Source of the DNA: Eledone cirrhosa
Lineage: Eukaryota
DNA length: 64,000 bases
Assembly (NCBI GenBank): GCA_964016885.1
Contig: OZ024743.1
Location: 352,222,001 to 352,286,000, forward strand
Reading direction: 5' to 3'
In this document: positions 50,715 to 64,000 of the stretch, piece by piece
Layout: each line of letters starts with the position of its first letter
Numbering within the stretch: position 1 is the stretch's first letter
Program-made: the position numbers and the translations under genes
The notes under the pieces: generated by a model
What the model was told of the DNA's origin: nothing
What the model saw: only the letters and a program-made list of their open reading frames with translations
Databases searched by the model: none

Positions 50715-53290
50715 CATAGGTTCTCAACCCATTTAGGCCAAACGCCCCCTTTTGTCCCTCGAAATCACGAAACGCCCCTACCCTATTTTTACATTTTTCA
50801 ATATACTACTGATTTTGATATCTGTAGATTATTAAAAAATTGATTAACAATATTCCAAAGATACCATTGCAGGCAGCTGAGAGTATAAATACATTCCTTG
50901 AAAGGAAATATATAAATTTCAAGAAAAGGAACATAAATGTTCTTTTTTATGAATAAGGACCAGTTGAATTTGTTATTTCCCACCAGGCGATACCAACTGT
51001 TTTGAAAATTTATACAAGAGCAACTCTATCCAAAGAGTGCTCTTATCTGGAAGAAAGTGGCAATTATATCATTTCAAAGCTTTCCAGTTTTCCCTTTAAT
51101 GAAACAGACAGAATAAATGTTGATATCTAACTTGATGTCCTCTCTGCTTTGTGAGCTTAGAGACCACGGAAGAGGGTTTTCATGACCACGCGGGAGGGTG
51201 TATTTATTAGTAAATGGTAAAATATAAACAACAAATGAGTAAGTGAATTGTAGTAGATGGTTTCCAGTCCAGTCAGACTGCAACTACAAATAAAAAAAAA
51301 TGTTAGTTTGCTTTGTAACAATAGCATATCTAAGTTTTCGGATAAATCAACTTACTTTAACTTTGACCTCATTTCAATAGGACCCTTGAACTTCATGGAG
51401 TCTAGCTAACTCTTTGACGTCAGTCTGGATTTTCGTAAGATGTAGCCGGAGATCTCCACATGTAATTACACTGTAGTGGTTGCGAGCCTTACTGTGCAGT
51501 CTGGAAACAGCACCAAACCTCCTCTTGACTAAGTATGAGCTTGGAAAAGGCAGAGCAAATCTCTTAGCCTCTGCATGTAGGTGTGGAAATCGACGCTGAA
51601 TTTCCTCTTGCATCCAAAAAAGGGGTTCACCTATTTTGGGAAATCTAATTTTGATCATGTCATCTGCTTGAAGTTCAATGAATTCTTCCTGAAATATAAC
51701 GTCCAAATCATCGACGTTAACTATAAAGGGATCTGCTACCCACATTGGGATGTCCATCGGCAAAAGGTCGACAAACCGTTCTCTCATGTTGTCTTGTAGC
51801 GCACGGTGGTGAGTGGTATAAATTTGGAGTTGATCATCGCTTACAATGTTTTGAACATTGGCGACACTAGGAAAATTATAGAATTCCCGTCAACAAAGAT
51901 TCCTTTCGATGACATTCAATTTGGCCAGGAATGTTTTCAAGCAAGGTGATCTTCTCCTGCAAAGCCAAAATGACGCTGTTGCATTTGTCGAAGATGTCGG
52001 TGAGGTAGGCGCAGTTTTGCCTCATATCGAGGGTTTTCTTGTACAGTTTTGTGTTGCATCCTCGCAGAAACTCAATCATAGAGTCAAACAGTTCAAAGAA
52101 GTGAGTAAGGCACTTGCCATTTGAAAGCCACCTCACTTCATTATGAAGGAGCAACTTGACAAATTCTTCGTCATTATCTTGGCACAGTTGCCGGAAAATT
52201 CGTTCATTGAGGGAATGCCGTTTGATAAAATTGATGACATCAATGGCCACCAGCAAGTTTCTTCACAGCCAAGTGTTGTCGATGAATGACACAATGAACA
52301 ACAAATACAGATAGACTTTCTCTCTTCAGAAGAGTGACGAAACCCTTATGTTGGCCGACCATTGCTCTTGCGTCGTCCTAGATGTATGTATTACCTGCCT
52401 GTGTGTGGTAGGTAGTCATGGATGTATGTATTACCTGTTTATGTATTGCATGTGGTCCTAGATGTATGTATTACCTGATTATGTGTTGTATGTGGTCCTA
52501 GATGTTTGTATTACCTGATTATGTGTTGTATGTGGTCCTAGATGTTTGTATTACCTGCTTATGTGTTGTATGTGGTCCTAAATGTATGTATTACTTGCCT
52601 GTGTGTTGTATATGGTTCTAGATGTGTGTGCTACCTCCTTATGTGTTGCATGTGGTCCTAGATGTGTGTATTACCGACTTATGTGTTGTATGTGGTCCTC
52701 GATGTGTATATTACCTGCTTATGTATTGTATATGGTCCTAGATGTGTGTATTATCTGATTATGTGTTGTATGTTGTCCTAGATGTGTGTGCTACCGGCTT
52801 CTGTGTTTTTTTTTGTTTTTTTTATTTGCAATATTATTTATACAATAGGTTAAAATAGATCTACATAGTGTTAACTTGTTACGGTTGAGTTAATAATTTC
52901 AAACATGAAATACATTGTTATCAGTGAAGGAAAGGCAAGATACTAACTGGCTGCGCTTGAAGTGTCATTGACCCAGATGAAGTGTCATTGACCCAGATGA
53001 CTGTGGGTTTGTCCATTGTTAGGATCTCAATTGCTGGTTAATGTCTAAACACGCCTGCACACCTGCGGTCATACCATAGTTAAGCAATCTGCATGCTCAT
53101 TCAAATGCATTCACTCTGGCTGTCTCAAAGACATACAAATATGGCTTATAAAACTTACCAAAATAAAGAGCCTTCCAGTGCACTCCAAAGCTCAAAACGC
53201 CACACCCCTAGTGTCCCCTTGCTCCCAAACGCCCCCCTGAGTTCCGAAACGCCCCCTGGGGGTGCATATGCCCCCCATTGAGAGCATTTG
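50715..53290 (-). mobile_element. Decayed hAT transposon (Charlie/Buster-like) with both termini and 8-bp TSD
   Basis: Imperfect TIRs cataggttctcaa / ttgagagcatttg; TSD atatagat at 50707-50714 and 53291-53298; subterminal aaacgcccc repeats at both ends; ORFs 51374-51787 and 51876-52256. Confidence 0.9.
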
Positions 53291-53492
53291 ATATAGATAT
53301 ATATATATATAAAATTCAAATTTTGAAAAGAGAAGAAAACGGACAAATGAACTAGATATATCTCACTGTCCCCCACCACCACAATAATGTCTACACTCTC
53401 TCCCCACCATCACATGTCATTACCCTATCTAGACTAAAGTCATCGACCTGTTGTCAAACTCTCTACTCTGTGTTGAATGTGTATATATATGT

Positions 53493-53922
53493 ATGTAGGA
53501 GGTGAGTTTTATTGTAGTACAATAAAGCAATGCAGATATCGGATAAGAAGCACTCTACTGTTTGTAGGACTGGAGTATACATAATATATAAGATCAAAAG
53601 ATGGTTAAATGAGTGCCATGTATTTTATTATGCGCATTTCAAAAACAAATATCATCATGCAATAACATTTGTGTTTTCATCAGATAAAATAGGAAGACAT
53701 GATATGAAGGTTAAAAACACTTGTGGATAGTGCAGTTTTAAATCAACATATCAATATATGTTGATTTAAAACTGCACTATTCACAAGTGTTTTTAACCTT
53801 CATATCATGTCTTCCTATTTTATCTGATGAAAACACAAATGTTATTGCATGATGATATTTGTTTTTGAAATGCGCATAATAAAATACATGGAACTCATTT
53901 AACCATCTTTTGATCTTATATA
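53493..53922. repeat. Fold-back of family-A pLTR with two HHRs (minus 53621-53691, plus 53816-53886); mostly deleted in unit 1
   Basis: Centre ~53755; plus arm tattttat CTGATGA aaacacaaatgttattgcatgatgatatttgttttt GAAA tgcgca TA ataaaata; homologous to 4627-4890. Confidence 0.88.
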
Positions 53923-54667
53923 TTATATATATATGTATGTATATGTGTGTATATACATCACTCAGTCAAACGACCAGATTTCAACCCCAACATCTACAAC
54001 ACCGGCACTAATGTTTACAGCAACAACAGCTTCAGAATGAATTGAAATGAACATTTACAACAACAACAACAGCGGCATAAAACGATAACCCCCCCCCCCC
54101 AAAAAAAAAACACAAACAATAAAAAAAGCTCAAAATAACAAAACACACACACACACGCACACAACACAACAACAACATCAACTGCCACCACCACCACCGC
54201 CGCCGCCATCACCATCACCAGCGACCGGGCCTTAAGAAAACAACTTCAATAATAATAATTTTTCTGTTTTTGGCACGGATCCAGCGACTTGTCCAGCGCA
54301 TTACTGGTACTCTCTTTTGTTGACTCCGTGGGGATGAAAGACAAGGTTGACCTCGGCGGGATTTAAGCTCAGAACGTGGAGAGCCATAGCTCTATGCTGT
54401 AAAGCAATTATAATAATTGTTTCTACTTTTGGCACAAGGCCAGCAATTATCACAGTGCGTTACTGGTACTTTATTTTATCGACCCCGTAAGGGTGAAAGG
54501 CAAAGTTAACCTACGCGGGATTTGAACTCAGACCGCAAAGGGACGTAACTATGCTGGAAAGCATGTTATAATAATACTGGACTGTAATACGAACGGCTTC
54601 AACTATACAAACTCTTGAAAGTCAACAGTTGACATAATCTTGTAATCTTGTATCAGTAATGACGGTA

Positions 54668-54707
<40 letters not shown>

Positions 54708-55263
54708 AAGTGAGTAGCGTGTGTGTGTTTGTTTGTATGTATGAGTGTTGCTGTGTGGGCGCGTATGTATGCGCGTGTGTGTATGTCGTACGTATAAGTG
54801 TCAATAAGTGAGTTTTTTTTTTTTTTTTTGCGCGCGGGGACATAGAAATAATCGGGCTGGATGCCCGATCGCGCAGTTAAACCACTGGGAGTGCAGAACC
54901 CCTAGCCCTTGTCAGAGCATTCTTCTAGGAGAAGGCATCTCAGGAAACTGGGTTAACTCTGACATAAAACCTACGGCTCAGTAGTTACCGATGATGTCGA
55001 TCTTTTCTTCTTTTCGGGTTATAGCTACTGTCGCTCAGAGAGTGGGATTGGCTCAGTGCACAGTCTTTCCTCACTTTAAAAATATTCGTCACGCACAGGC
55101 ATTGCACGAGTGCATTAATAATTATTAATAGTGTATTATTATTATTATTGTTACTATTATTATTACTTTTCTTTTTCTTTTTTTTCTTATTCAATGATGT
55201 TCCAGAACAATATAAAAGAGATAATTGGCAATTTAGGTTCTGGAACAAAAAAGATAATTGGCA

Positions 55264-58200
55264 ATGAGGGCCCGCTCGTCATCGTGCCATTGTAATAGAG
55301 CCAAACAAGGCATTTAGTCTTGGCTGCTGGAGCGTACGGACGCTGCTTGACAGGAATTCCTTGGAGCGTCCTGAACGAAGGACCGCTCTTGTTGCAAAGG
55401 AGCTTCGACGTTACGATCTTGACTTTATCTGAGACGAGGTTAGCTGGAGATGGTCATCTTACAGAATTTTGTGGAGAATATACATTCTTCTGGAAAGGAA
55501 GAGATGAAGGAACCAGAAGAGAGGCTGGGGTAGGATTTGCTGTTAAGACTGTTCTTGTGAATAAATTAGAAGAATTCCCAGTAGGGATTAGTGAGCGTCT
55601 TATGTCCATGAGAATTCCGCTGGACAAAGGAAGATATGCGACCCCGGTGAGTGTGTATGCTCCAACTATGAATTCTGTCGATGAAGAAAAAGTGTCCTTT
55701 TACCATGCCTTGAAAGGTGTTTTAAGAAATATCCCTCAGGCAGACAAAGTCATCGTGCTTGGTGACTTTAATGCTAGAGTGGGTAGGGATTTTAACACAT
55801 GGAATGTAATCGGAAGGCATGGGGTGGGAAAGTGTAACAACAATGGTATGCTCCTCTGCAGATGTGTGAGGAGCTGGATCTGCGTGTTACCAACACCATG
55901 TTCCAACAAAAGAACAAATTCAAGACCACATGGATGCACCCTGCATCTAAGGAATGGCATCTTTTGGACTACGTCCTAGTCAGGATGCGTGACAGACAGG
56001 ATGTGCAGTGTGTTCGTGCTCTTCGTGGAGCTGAGTGCTGGACGGACCACCGCCTGGTACGCGCAAAAGTGAAACTAATCACTAAACGTAAAATCCGGGC
56101 TCCTGGTGTTGCTCTGCCCAAAAGATTGAATGTTGCTCGTCGTAAGGATAAAAATGTGAAGAGGACATTGGAAGAAGAGATGCAGGCTGCAGATCTTGGT
56201 GAGGATTGGCCGATCCTTAAAAAGTCGGTTTATGATGTAGGCATGCGTGTTCTGGGATTGGTGCAGAGAAAACATCAGGACTGGTTTAATGAGAATGATG
56301 TACATATAGAAGACTTGTTGGCTGATAAGAGGCGTGTTACTTGACGGCAAAACCACAGGAGAGGAATACGTTGCATGAGGAACTCAAGGGTGTAAAATTA
56401 CGTGTTAGACGGAGTCTTTCTCAGATGAAGGATCAGTGGTGGAGTGAGAAGGCTGGTGAGATACAAACTGCGTCAGATTCCAATAACACAAAGCTGTTGT
56501 ACAGTCTCTTGCGTGAGGTTTATGGACCGTCTTCTTCTCTGGTGACACCGCTTCGCAGCAAGGATAGCAAAGAACTTCTTCGTGACTCACAAGGAATTCT
56601 ACGAAGGTGGCGAGAGCACTTTGATGATCTTTTGAATCAGCCGTCTGTCGTCAGTGAAGATTTCCTCAATCTCATTCCAGAAAGTCCTGTGAAAGTAACT
56701 CTCGCAGAACCTCCGACGCTTGTGGAGGTTGCAGTGGCTATCTCGAAGCTGAACAGTGGAAGGTCTCCAGGTATGGATGGCATACATGCTGAGCTCCTAC
56801 AATATGGTGGTGAGTGACTTCTGCAACTTCTTCACTCTTTGTTTGGCAGGATATGGGCTAATGAATCCGTACCTGAGGACTGGAGAGATGCAGTAATGGT
56901 GGTCTTGTACAAGGGAAAGGGTAACAGGAATGATTGTGGGAACTACAGAGGTATATCATTGCTTTCTGTCGTAGGGAAAGTTTTATGTAGGGTGCTTCTG
57001 GACCATCTGCTGACACACATTGCAGATTGTGTTCTTCCTGAAAGTCAATCTGGTTTTCGTGCTGGACGCGGCACTACTGATATTATCTTCTCAGCTAGAC
57101 AGCTCCAGGAGAAGTGCATGGAATAGGGTTTGGATCTGTATCAGGTTTTTGTCGATCTGACAAAAGCTTTCGATAATGTTAACAGAGGTGCATTTTGGAA
57201 GGTTCTCCAGACACTGGGTTGCCCTGATAAGTTCCTTGCTTTAGTTAGGTCTTTCCATGACGACATGAAGGCTTGGGTTAATGTCGGAGGTAACATGTCG
57301 GAGCCTATCTCAGTAAAAAATGGAATGAAACAGGGGGATATTCCAGCACCCACCCTGTTTGCCATATAATTTGCAATGGTTTTCTGTATTGCATTCAGGA
57401 ATTGCGAGCATGGTGTTTACATCCGATATCGAACCTCAGGCAGCATATTTAACATCAGGCGCTTTGCTGCAAAGACAAAAGTATTTACATCAATCATAAG
57501 AGACCTCTTGTATGCAGATGATTGCGATCTTGTAGCGCACACAGAGAGTGATATGCAGCACATTTTGAATGCATTTTCTGACGCTTGCACTGCCCTAGGA
57601 TTGACTGTCAGTCTCAAGAAAACCGTCGTCATGTACCAACCTGCCCCTGGTAAGCAGTACACTGAACCAAATATCTATGTGTATGGTAAACGACTTGGAG
57701 TGGTTGATCAATTTGTCTACCTGGCAAGCACTGTCAATCGATACGGCAACCTTGACAGTGAAATCTCCCTTAGGATTAGGAAAGCAAGTGATGCTTTCGG
57801 AAAGCTAGAAAGGGGACTCTGGGGTCGGCGAGACATATGCAGGAGGACAAAGGTAAAGGTATACAAGGCATGTGTGCTCTCTTGTCTTCTTTATGCCTGC
57901 GAGACCTGGGTCACATATCGACACCACCTTAAGCAATTGGAGCGTTTCCATCAGATGTGTCTCAGATGGATCCATGGCGTTCACTGGAGGGACCACATCA
58001 GTGATGTCGAGATTTTTGAAAGCTGTATGTGTGACAGTATAGAAGCTCTTGTGCTTAAGCAACGACTCCGTTGGAGTGGTCACCTTGCCAGGATGAAGGA
58101 TTCTAGAATACCAAAACAACTCTTTTATGGAGAGTTGGTTAAAGGAAAACGACCGCCACATAAACCAAAAAAGAAGTATAAGGATTCGTTGAAAGCCTCT

Positions 58201-58788
58201 TTGAAAGACGCTAACATCTCTGCTGATACATGGGAAAATATTGCTGTTGATTGTAATAGATGGAGAAAGACTGTATATGAGGGAAAAGTTGCCTTTGAGG
58301 CATCTCGAATCGCATACGAGAAAGTAAAGCGGGATGTGAGGAAGGGCATTGCTGTTGCACTTCCAGACGGCGATGGTCCTCCTATGGTGCTGACATGCAG
58401 CGTCTGTGCGAGACTCTGCCTAAGCAAAGCTGGACTGGAAAGTCATTTTCGCAGTCATAAAGTAAGGCCAGTGGTTGACTATCAGGCTGCTGTTAGAGAT
58501 GCTACTCATCATGCTTGCCAAGCATGTGGTAGAGAATGTAAATCAGCAGGAGGGCTCAAACGACATGCAAAAGTACATGAACTCCAACCACAGCCGGGTA
58601 TTCGCAGTGAATGTTTTGGTTGCCGACTCTGTGCAAGACATTTTAGATCATTGGCTGGGCTAAAAAGCCACATTCGATCGCAGCGCTGTTAGTTGCTATC
58701 GTGTGTGTGTGTGTGTGTGTGTGTAGATATGTTTATGTGTGTGCGTGTGTGTGTATATATATATATGTATATTATTATTGTTGTTGTC

Positions 58789-58830
<42 letters not shown>

Positions 58831-59015
58831 GTTATTAATGTATATGTGTGTATGTATATATATATGTGTGTATATATGTATATGTATGTGTGTATATATA
58901 TATATATATTTCTTTTTTTATTTTATTTTATTTTTTATTTATTTATTAATATATATATATATATTTTTTTCTCCCGGTGCAATGGCCATACTCGATAACG
59001 AGGGGGCAGCCATCG
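55264..59015 (+). mobile_element. RTE-clade LINE, disrupted (copy 3)
   Basis: Same ORF fragments and lesions as 634-4382 with a few substitutions. Confidence 0.93.
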
Positions 59016-59963
59016 TATATATATATATATATATTTCGTTTCTGAATTTGTTTAGCAAGATTGTTTATCTGAAATCGTGTGTTGAAACCGATATTGTTAT
59101 ACTTTGGGAGGGTCATGTTGCCAATAAGAAACACACGCACCAGTTGCTTTCACTTCAATTTATTATAATAAATTGAAGTGAAAGCAACTGGTGCGTGTGT
59201 TTCTTATTGGCAACATGACCCTCCCAAAGTATAACAATATATATATATATATATATAATGTAGGAGGTGAGTTTTATTGTAGTACAATAAAGCAATGCAG
59301 ATATCGGATAAGTAGCACTCTACAGTTTGTAGGACTGGAGTATAAATAATATATAAGATCAAAAGATTGTTAAAAGAGTTCCATGTATTTTATTATGCGC
59401 ATTTCAAAAACAAATATCATCATGCGATAACATTTGCGTTTTCGTCAGATAAAATAGGGAGACATGATATGAAGGTTAAAAAACACTTGTGAATAGTGCC
59501 GTTTTAAATCAACATATGAAACGTAGTTTTAGATTGATGTGTGATATTGGGAAAAAAAAAATTATGGGGGGGGGGGGGGGGGCGGGGTTGGAAAGGATGA
59601 AAAAAAGGAGGAGATGAGAGTAAAAAGTGGAGGGGAGGAGTATAATGAGGAAGGATGAGATAGGAGGAGAGATGGGTGATAGAGAGAGAGAGATATCTTT
59701 TATAACTGAGAAAAATATATTGTTTTACATAGAGAGGTTAAAAAACCGTTGGAAGATAATATATAAATTAAAAGAATTTGAAAATTAACGAAGAGAAAAA
59801 TTTAGAATAATGTTAAATTAAGGTTTGTATATTGGAGGGTTTAATAATATGGGCGATGAAAAGAAATTGTTAATATGTATTAAGAATAATATTTAAGGGT
59901 TTAATAATATGTGCGATGGAAAGAAATTGTTGATATGTATTATTAAAAAATGGTACTTCTGAA

Positions 59964-61643
59964 GTGATTGGTTGGTTCAACAAATTGAATAAGAAAAACA
60001 AACAAAAATTTATTCAATTTGATATTGCCAGCTACTATTCTTCTATTTCGCCCTCACTTCTCAACAATGCTCTATCTTTCGCTTACAAATATTCAGACAT
60101 CACCACATATGAACTTCACATCATTCTCACCGCACGTAAAACCATCCTACAGTTCAACAATGAATATTGGACCAGAGCTGATACCTCTAACAACTTTGAC
60201 ATCACAATGGGAGCATCCGATTCATCCCAATTGACAGATTTAATTGGTATCTTTATTTTGAACTCTTTGAATCGGAAAAATCCTCAACTTCGCGGTGGAA
60301 TTTATCGTGACGATGGACTCTTTACTATCTTAAATTGTAACATAGTTAACCTTAATATTATTAAGAACAATATACGTAATCTCTTTAACCAACATAACTT
60401 AAAAATTGAATTTGATAACAGCATCAAACTAGCTAATTTCTTGGATGTATCTCTTAATCTTGACACTGGCCTATATTACCCTTACCATAAAAACAATGAG
60501 AACCTAAATTATGTTAATTTTAAATCTAACCACCCCACTAATATTAAGAATGCTATAGTTAGTAATATTGGAAAAAGAATATCCAACCTATCTTCTAATA
60601 AAAACATCTTTGATGCTAACGCCAATTACTATAATAACGCGCTTTCTAAAGCCGGTTATCCTGATAAAATCAAATATAGTAAAGAAACAAATGCTAGAAG
60701 ATCTTACAGTAGAATAATTAATCATGATCATTCCAATAATTTTAATAAAAGACCTAGATACAAAAGCATAATCTGGTATAATGCTCCTTTCTCCATCTCT
60801 ATTAATAATAATATTCCTAAATTATTCTTTAGTGCCTTAAATAAATGCTTCCCTCCCTCACATATCTATAGTAAAATATTTAACAAACACACTATAAAAT
60901 TTTCCTATTCGACCTCCTCCAACATCTCCAACATTATCTCTAAACACAACAATAAAATACTAAATACTAAATCTCTTCCTTCCAACACTGAATATCATAA
61001 TAATAGTAATAGTACTCCCGACGTCATTGTTAACTCTAGGCTAATTTCTGCAAACCCAAATACAACGTCAAACGCAACTTCGTTAAATGTTCTCAATCCC
61101 ATTCTAAATCAAGAAACTATTATTCCTATCGTAAATAACTTCTCCAATCCAATTCCTTCTATAGATAACAGTAGGTCACTTGTTAATAACTCTGTTAATT
61201 TCTCTAATCGCAATTGTAATTGCCCTGTTAAAAATAAATGTCCTCTCAACAACCATTGTCTTGAAAAAAACTTAATCTACGAATGTAAAGTTATAACTGA
61301 CACCAATTCCTTTACCTATTTTGGCTCCACTTCCACCTCCTTTAAAGCTCGTCTTTATAATCATCATTCGTCTTTTAAATACCAACTTAAAAGAACCAAC
61401 ACGGCACTCTCAGAACTCATATGGTGCTTGAAAGACAAACATATTAACTATAACATCTCTTGGAAGAAGGTTTGTTCTGCTTTTCCATACTTGAATAATT
61501 CTCTATCCAAGACATGCAATCTCTGTTTATGTGAAAAATTTACCATTATATCTAATTTAGATCCTATAATAAATAGACGCACTGACTTGTTTTCGCTCTG
61601 CTTTCATAAATTCCACAGAACATTCCATAAAGTATACAGCTAA
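59964..61643 (+). CDS. PLE RT + GIY-YIG, Naiad-like, truncated (copy 3)
   Basis: Two amino-acid differences from 5326-7005. Confidence 0.9.
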   Translation: MIGWFNKLNKKNKQKFIQFDIASYYSSISPSLLNNALSFAYKYSDITTYELHIILTARKTILQFNNEYWTRADTSNNFDITMGASDSSQLTDLIGIFILNSLNRKNPQLRGGIYRDDGLFTILNCNIVNLNIIKNNIRNLFNQHNLKIEFDNSIKLANFLDVSLNLDTGLYYPYHKNNENLNYVNFKSNHPTNIKNAIVSNIGKRISNLSSNKNIFDANANYYNNALSKAGYPDKIKYSKETNARRSYSRIINHDHSNNFNKRPRYKSIIWYNAPFSISINNNIPKLFFSALNKCFPPSHIYSKIFNKHTIKFSYSTSSNISNIISKHNNKILNTKSLPSNTEYHNNSNSTPDVIVNSRLISANPNTTSNATSLNVLNPILNQETIIPIVNNFSNPIPSIDNSRSLVNNSVNFSNRNCNCPVKNKCPLNNHCLEKNLIYECKVITDTNSFTYFGSTSTSFKARLYNHHSSFKYQLKRTNTALSELIWCLKDKHINYNISWKKVCSAFPYLNNSLSKTCNLCLCEKFTIISNLDPIINRRTDLFSLCFHKFHRTFHKVYS

Positions 61644-62632
61644 TATCTAATACTTTACCAATTTAAAATCCTTTTCTCAAAGGCACATATATATATATAT
61701 ATACATATATATTTCTTTAAAAATATACCCATCTTTCTACCTTATTTCAATGTTATTTATTATACATTATATAATACTAGTTACTCATTCTATATCACTC
61801 CTATTTATCACTTCCCTTTCTTTCTTTTTTCCTTTTTTCTTTTCTTTTTTCTTTTAATTTCTAACCTCTAATCTGTACCTTTTCTTCCTAGATACTTCTC
61901 AATTCTCATTATTACCCACCACAATATATCCTTACTTTATATCACCTTGAAAAATCCTTCGTAAACATAAACATTTTTTTGACGTTAGATTATTCATCAT
62001 CAATTCATTATTTTTTTCTCGGATTGGCAGTATCGGTAGAGGGTCGGACGCCATGCTTTCCAGCATAGTTACGTCCTTTTACGATCTGAGTTCAAATCCC
62101 GCCGAGGTTGACTTTGCCTTTCATCCTTACGGGGTCGATAAAATAAAGTACCAGTAATGCACTGGATAATTGCTGGCCTTGTGCCTAAAGTAGAAACAAT
62201 TATTTTTTTCTCCCTTTCATGCTCAACTAACTTATACATATTACACTTATTCATCCACTCTACTTCTTTTCACAATATATCCTTAATTACATTACTATTG
62301 TTATATTTTTATATTTTTTAATAATACATATCAACAATTTCTTTCCATCGCACATATTATTAAACCCTTAAATATTATTCTTAATACATATTAACAATTT
62401 CTTTTCTTCGTACATATTATTAAACCCTCCAATATACAAACCTTAATTTAACATTATTCTAAATTTTTCTCTGCGTTAATTTTCAAATACTTTTAATTTA
62501 TATATTATCTTCCAACGGTTTTTTAACCTCTCTATGTAAAACAATATATTTTTCTCAGTTATAAAAGCTATCTCTCTCTCTCTATCACCCATCTCTCCTC
62601 CTATCTCATCCTTCCTCATTATACTCCTCCCC

Positions 62633-64000
62633 GGTGAATCCATACGTACATATATATATGCGTGCATGTATGTATATATATATACATACTACTGTACGTC
62701 TGTATACATATATGTATGTACGTGTAAATACTTATATTTAAGTAACAGCCGTACTAAGAGTGGGAAATGAAATATCGTTTCGTTTTTCCGTTTATCGTTT
62801 TCGGTGCACCCTACCGATTAACCCACTCGATATGCAAATTGGGCTACTCAGCCGTTAATATGCATAAGGTATGTATATACGTTCAACAATCTGGCAGGAA
62901 GTTATACGTTGCTGACGATAGCTAACAAGCTTGAAACTAGTACAGCGTTCCTTTGTCAGTGTTGAACAAACGAGCAACGGTGGTTGCTAGACACTACGGC
63001 TTAATACAGGATGTTTGTTTACAAACACACCGAGCGTTATAATAAATGTGCGGTGACTCCATACGTGCATATAAATATATGTGCATGTATGTATATATAT
63101 ATTTACATACTACTGTACGTCTGTATACATATATGTATGTACGTGTACATACTTATATTTAAGTAAAAGCCGTACTAAGAATGGGAAATGAAATTTCGTT
63201 TCATTTTTTCCGTTTATCGTTTTCCCACACTTAGTACGGCTTTTACTTAAATATAAGTATGTACACGTACATACATATATGTATACAGAGGTACAGTAGT
63301 ATGTATATATATATATACATACATGCACACATATATATATGTACGTGTGGATTCACCGAACATTTATTATAATGCTCAGCGTGTTTGTAAACAAAGATCA
63401 CGTATTAAGCCGTAGTGTCTAGTAACCATCGTTGCTCGTTTGTTCAACACTGACAAAGTAACGCTGTACTAGTTTCAAGCTTATTAGCTAACGTCAGCAA
63501 CGTATACCTTCCTACCAGATTGTTGAACGTATATATTACCGTATGCCTATTAACGGCTGAGTAGCCCAATTTGCATATCGAGTGGGTTAATCGGCCGGGT
63601 GCAACGAAAACGATAAACGGACAAAATGAAACTATATTTCATTTCCCACTCTTAGTACGGCTGTTACTTAAATATAAGAACGTAAACGTACATACATATA
63701 TGTATACAGACGTACAGTAGTATGTATATATATATACATACATGCACATATATATATATTCACGTATAGATTCACCGAACATTTATCATAATGCTCGGTG
63801 TGTTTGTAAACAAACATCCCGTATTAAGCCGTAGTGTTTAGCAACCACCGATGCTCGTTTGTTAAACACTGACAAAGGAACGCTGTACTAGTTTCAAGCT
63901 TGTTAGCTATCGTCAGCAACGTATACCTTCCTGCCAGATTGTTGAACGTATATATTTACCTTATGTATATTAACGGCTGAGTAGGCCAATTTGCATATCG
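62633..64000 (-). repeat. 420-bp HHR-bearing array, copy 3 (longer inverted arm, runs off window)
   Basis: Inverted arm ~62633-63222 (~1.4 monomers), then direct monomers. Confidence 0.9.

Larger units (their letters stand above)
54629..64000. repeat. ~27 kb tandem macro-repeat, copy 3 (partial, runs off window)
   Basis: Collinear with 1-~9000; more substitutions versus copies 1/2 (KRRVT, ESPVK, AFDNV, RLGVV, RKNPQ, NAIVS). Confidence 0.97.

Overview
AT-rich, microsatellite-dense eukaryotic DNA; the SINE and the repeat landscape resemble an octopus or other cephalopod genome (inference). The window is about 2.3 copies of a ~27 kb tandem macro-unit (copy 1 = 1-27656, copy 2 = 27657-54628, copy 3 = 54629 to end). 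I could identify no host gene in it. Each unit contains a disrupted RTE-clade LINE with three C-terminal C2H2 fingers, a 5'-truncated Naiad-like Penelope-like element (PLE) with an open 559-codon RT/GIY-YIG frame, a second decayed Naiad-like PLE, a short Neptune-like PLE fragment, a decayed hAT (Charlie/Buster-like) transposon, a Helitron-like element, MITEs and tRNA-derived SINEs. The main unannotated signal is non-coding: at least six unrelated sequence families carry type I hammerhead ribozyme (HHR) motifs. Two related tandem arrays, with 420-bp and 466-bp monomers and one HHR per monomer, show compensatory base changes in several helices, consistent with a structured retrozyme-like RNA mobilised by PLE machinery. 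Most other HHRs sit in head-to-head fold-back insertions flanked by (TA)n. All structures were read by eye; ribozyme activity and novelty are untested.
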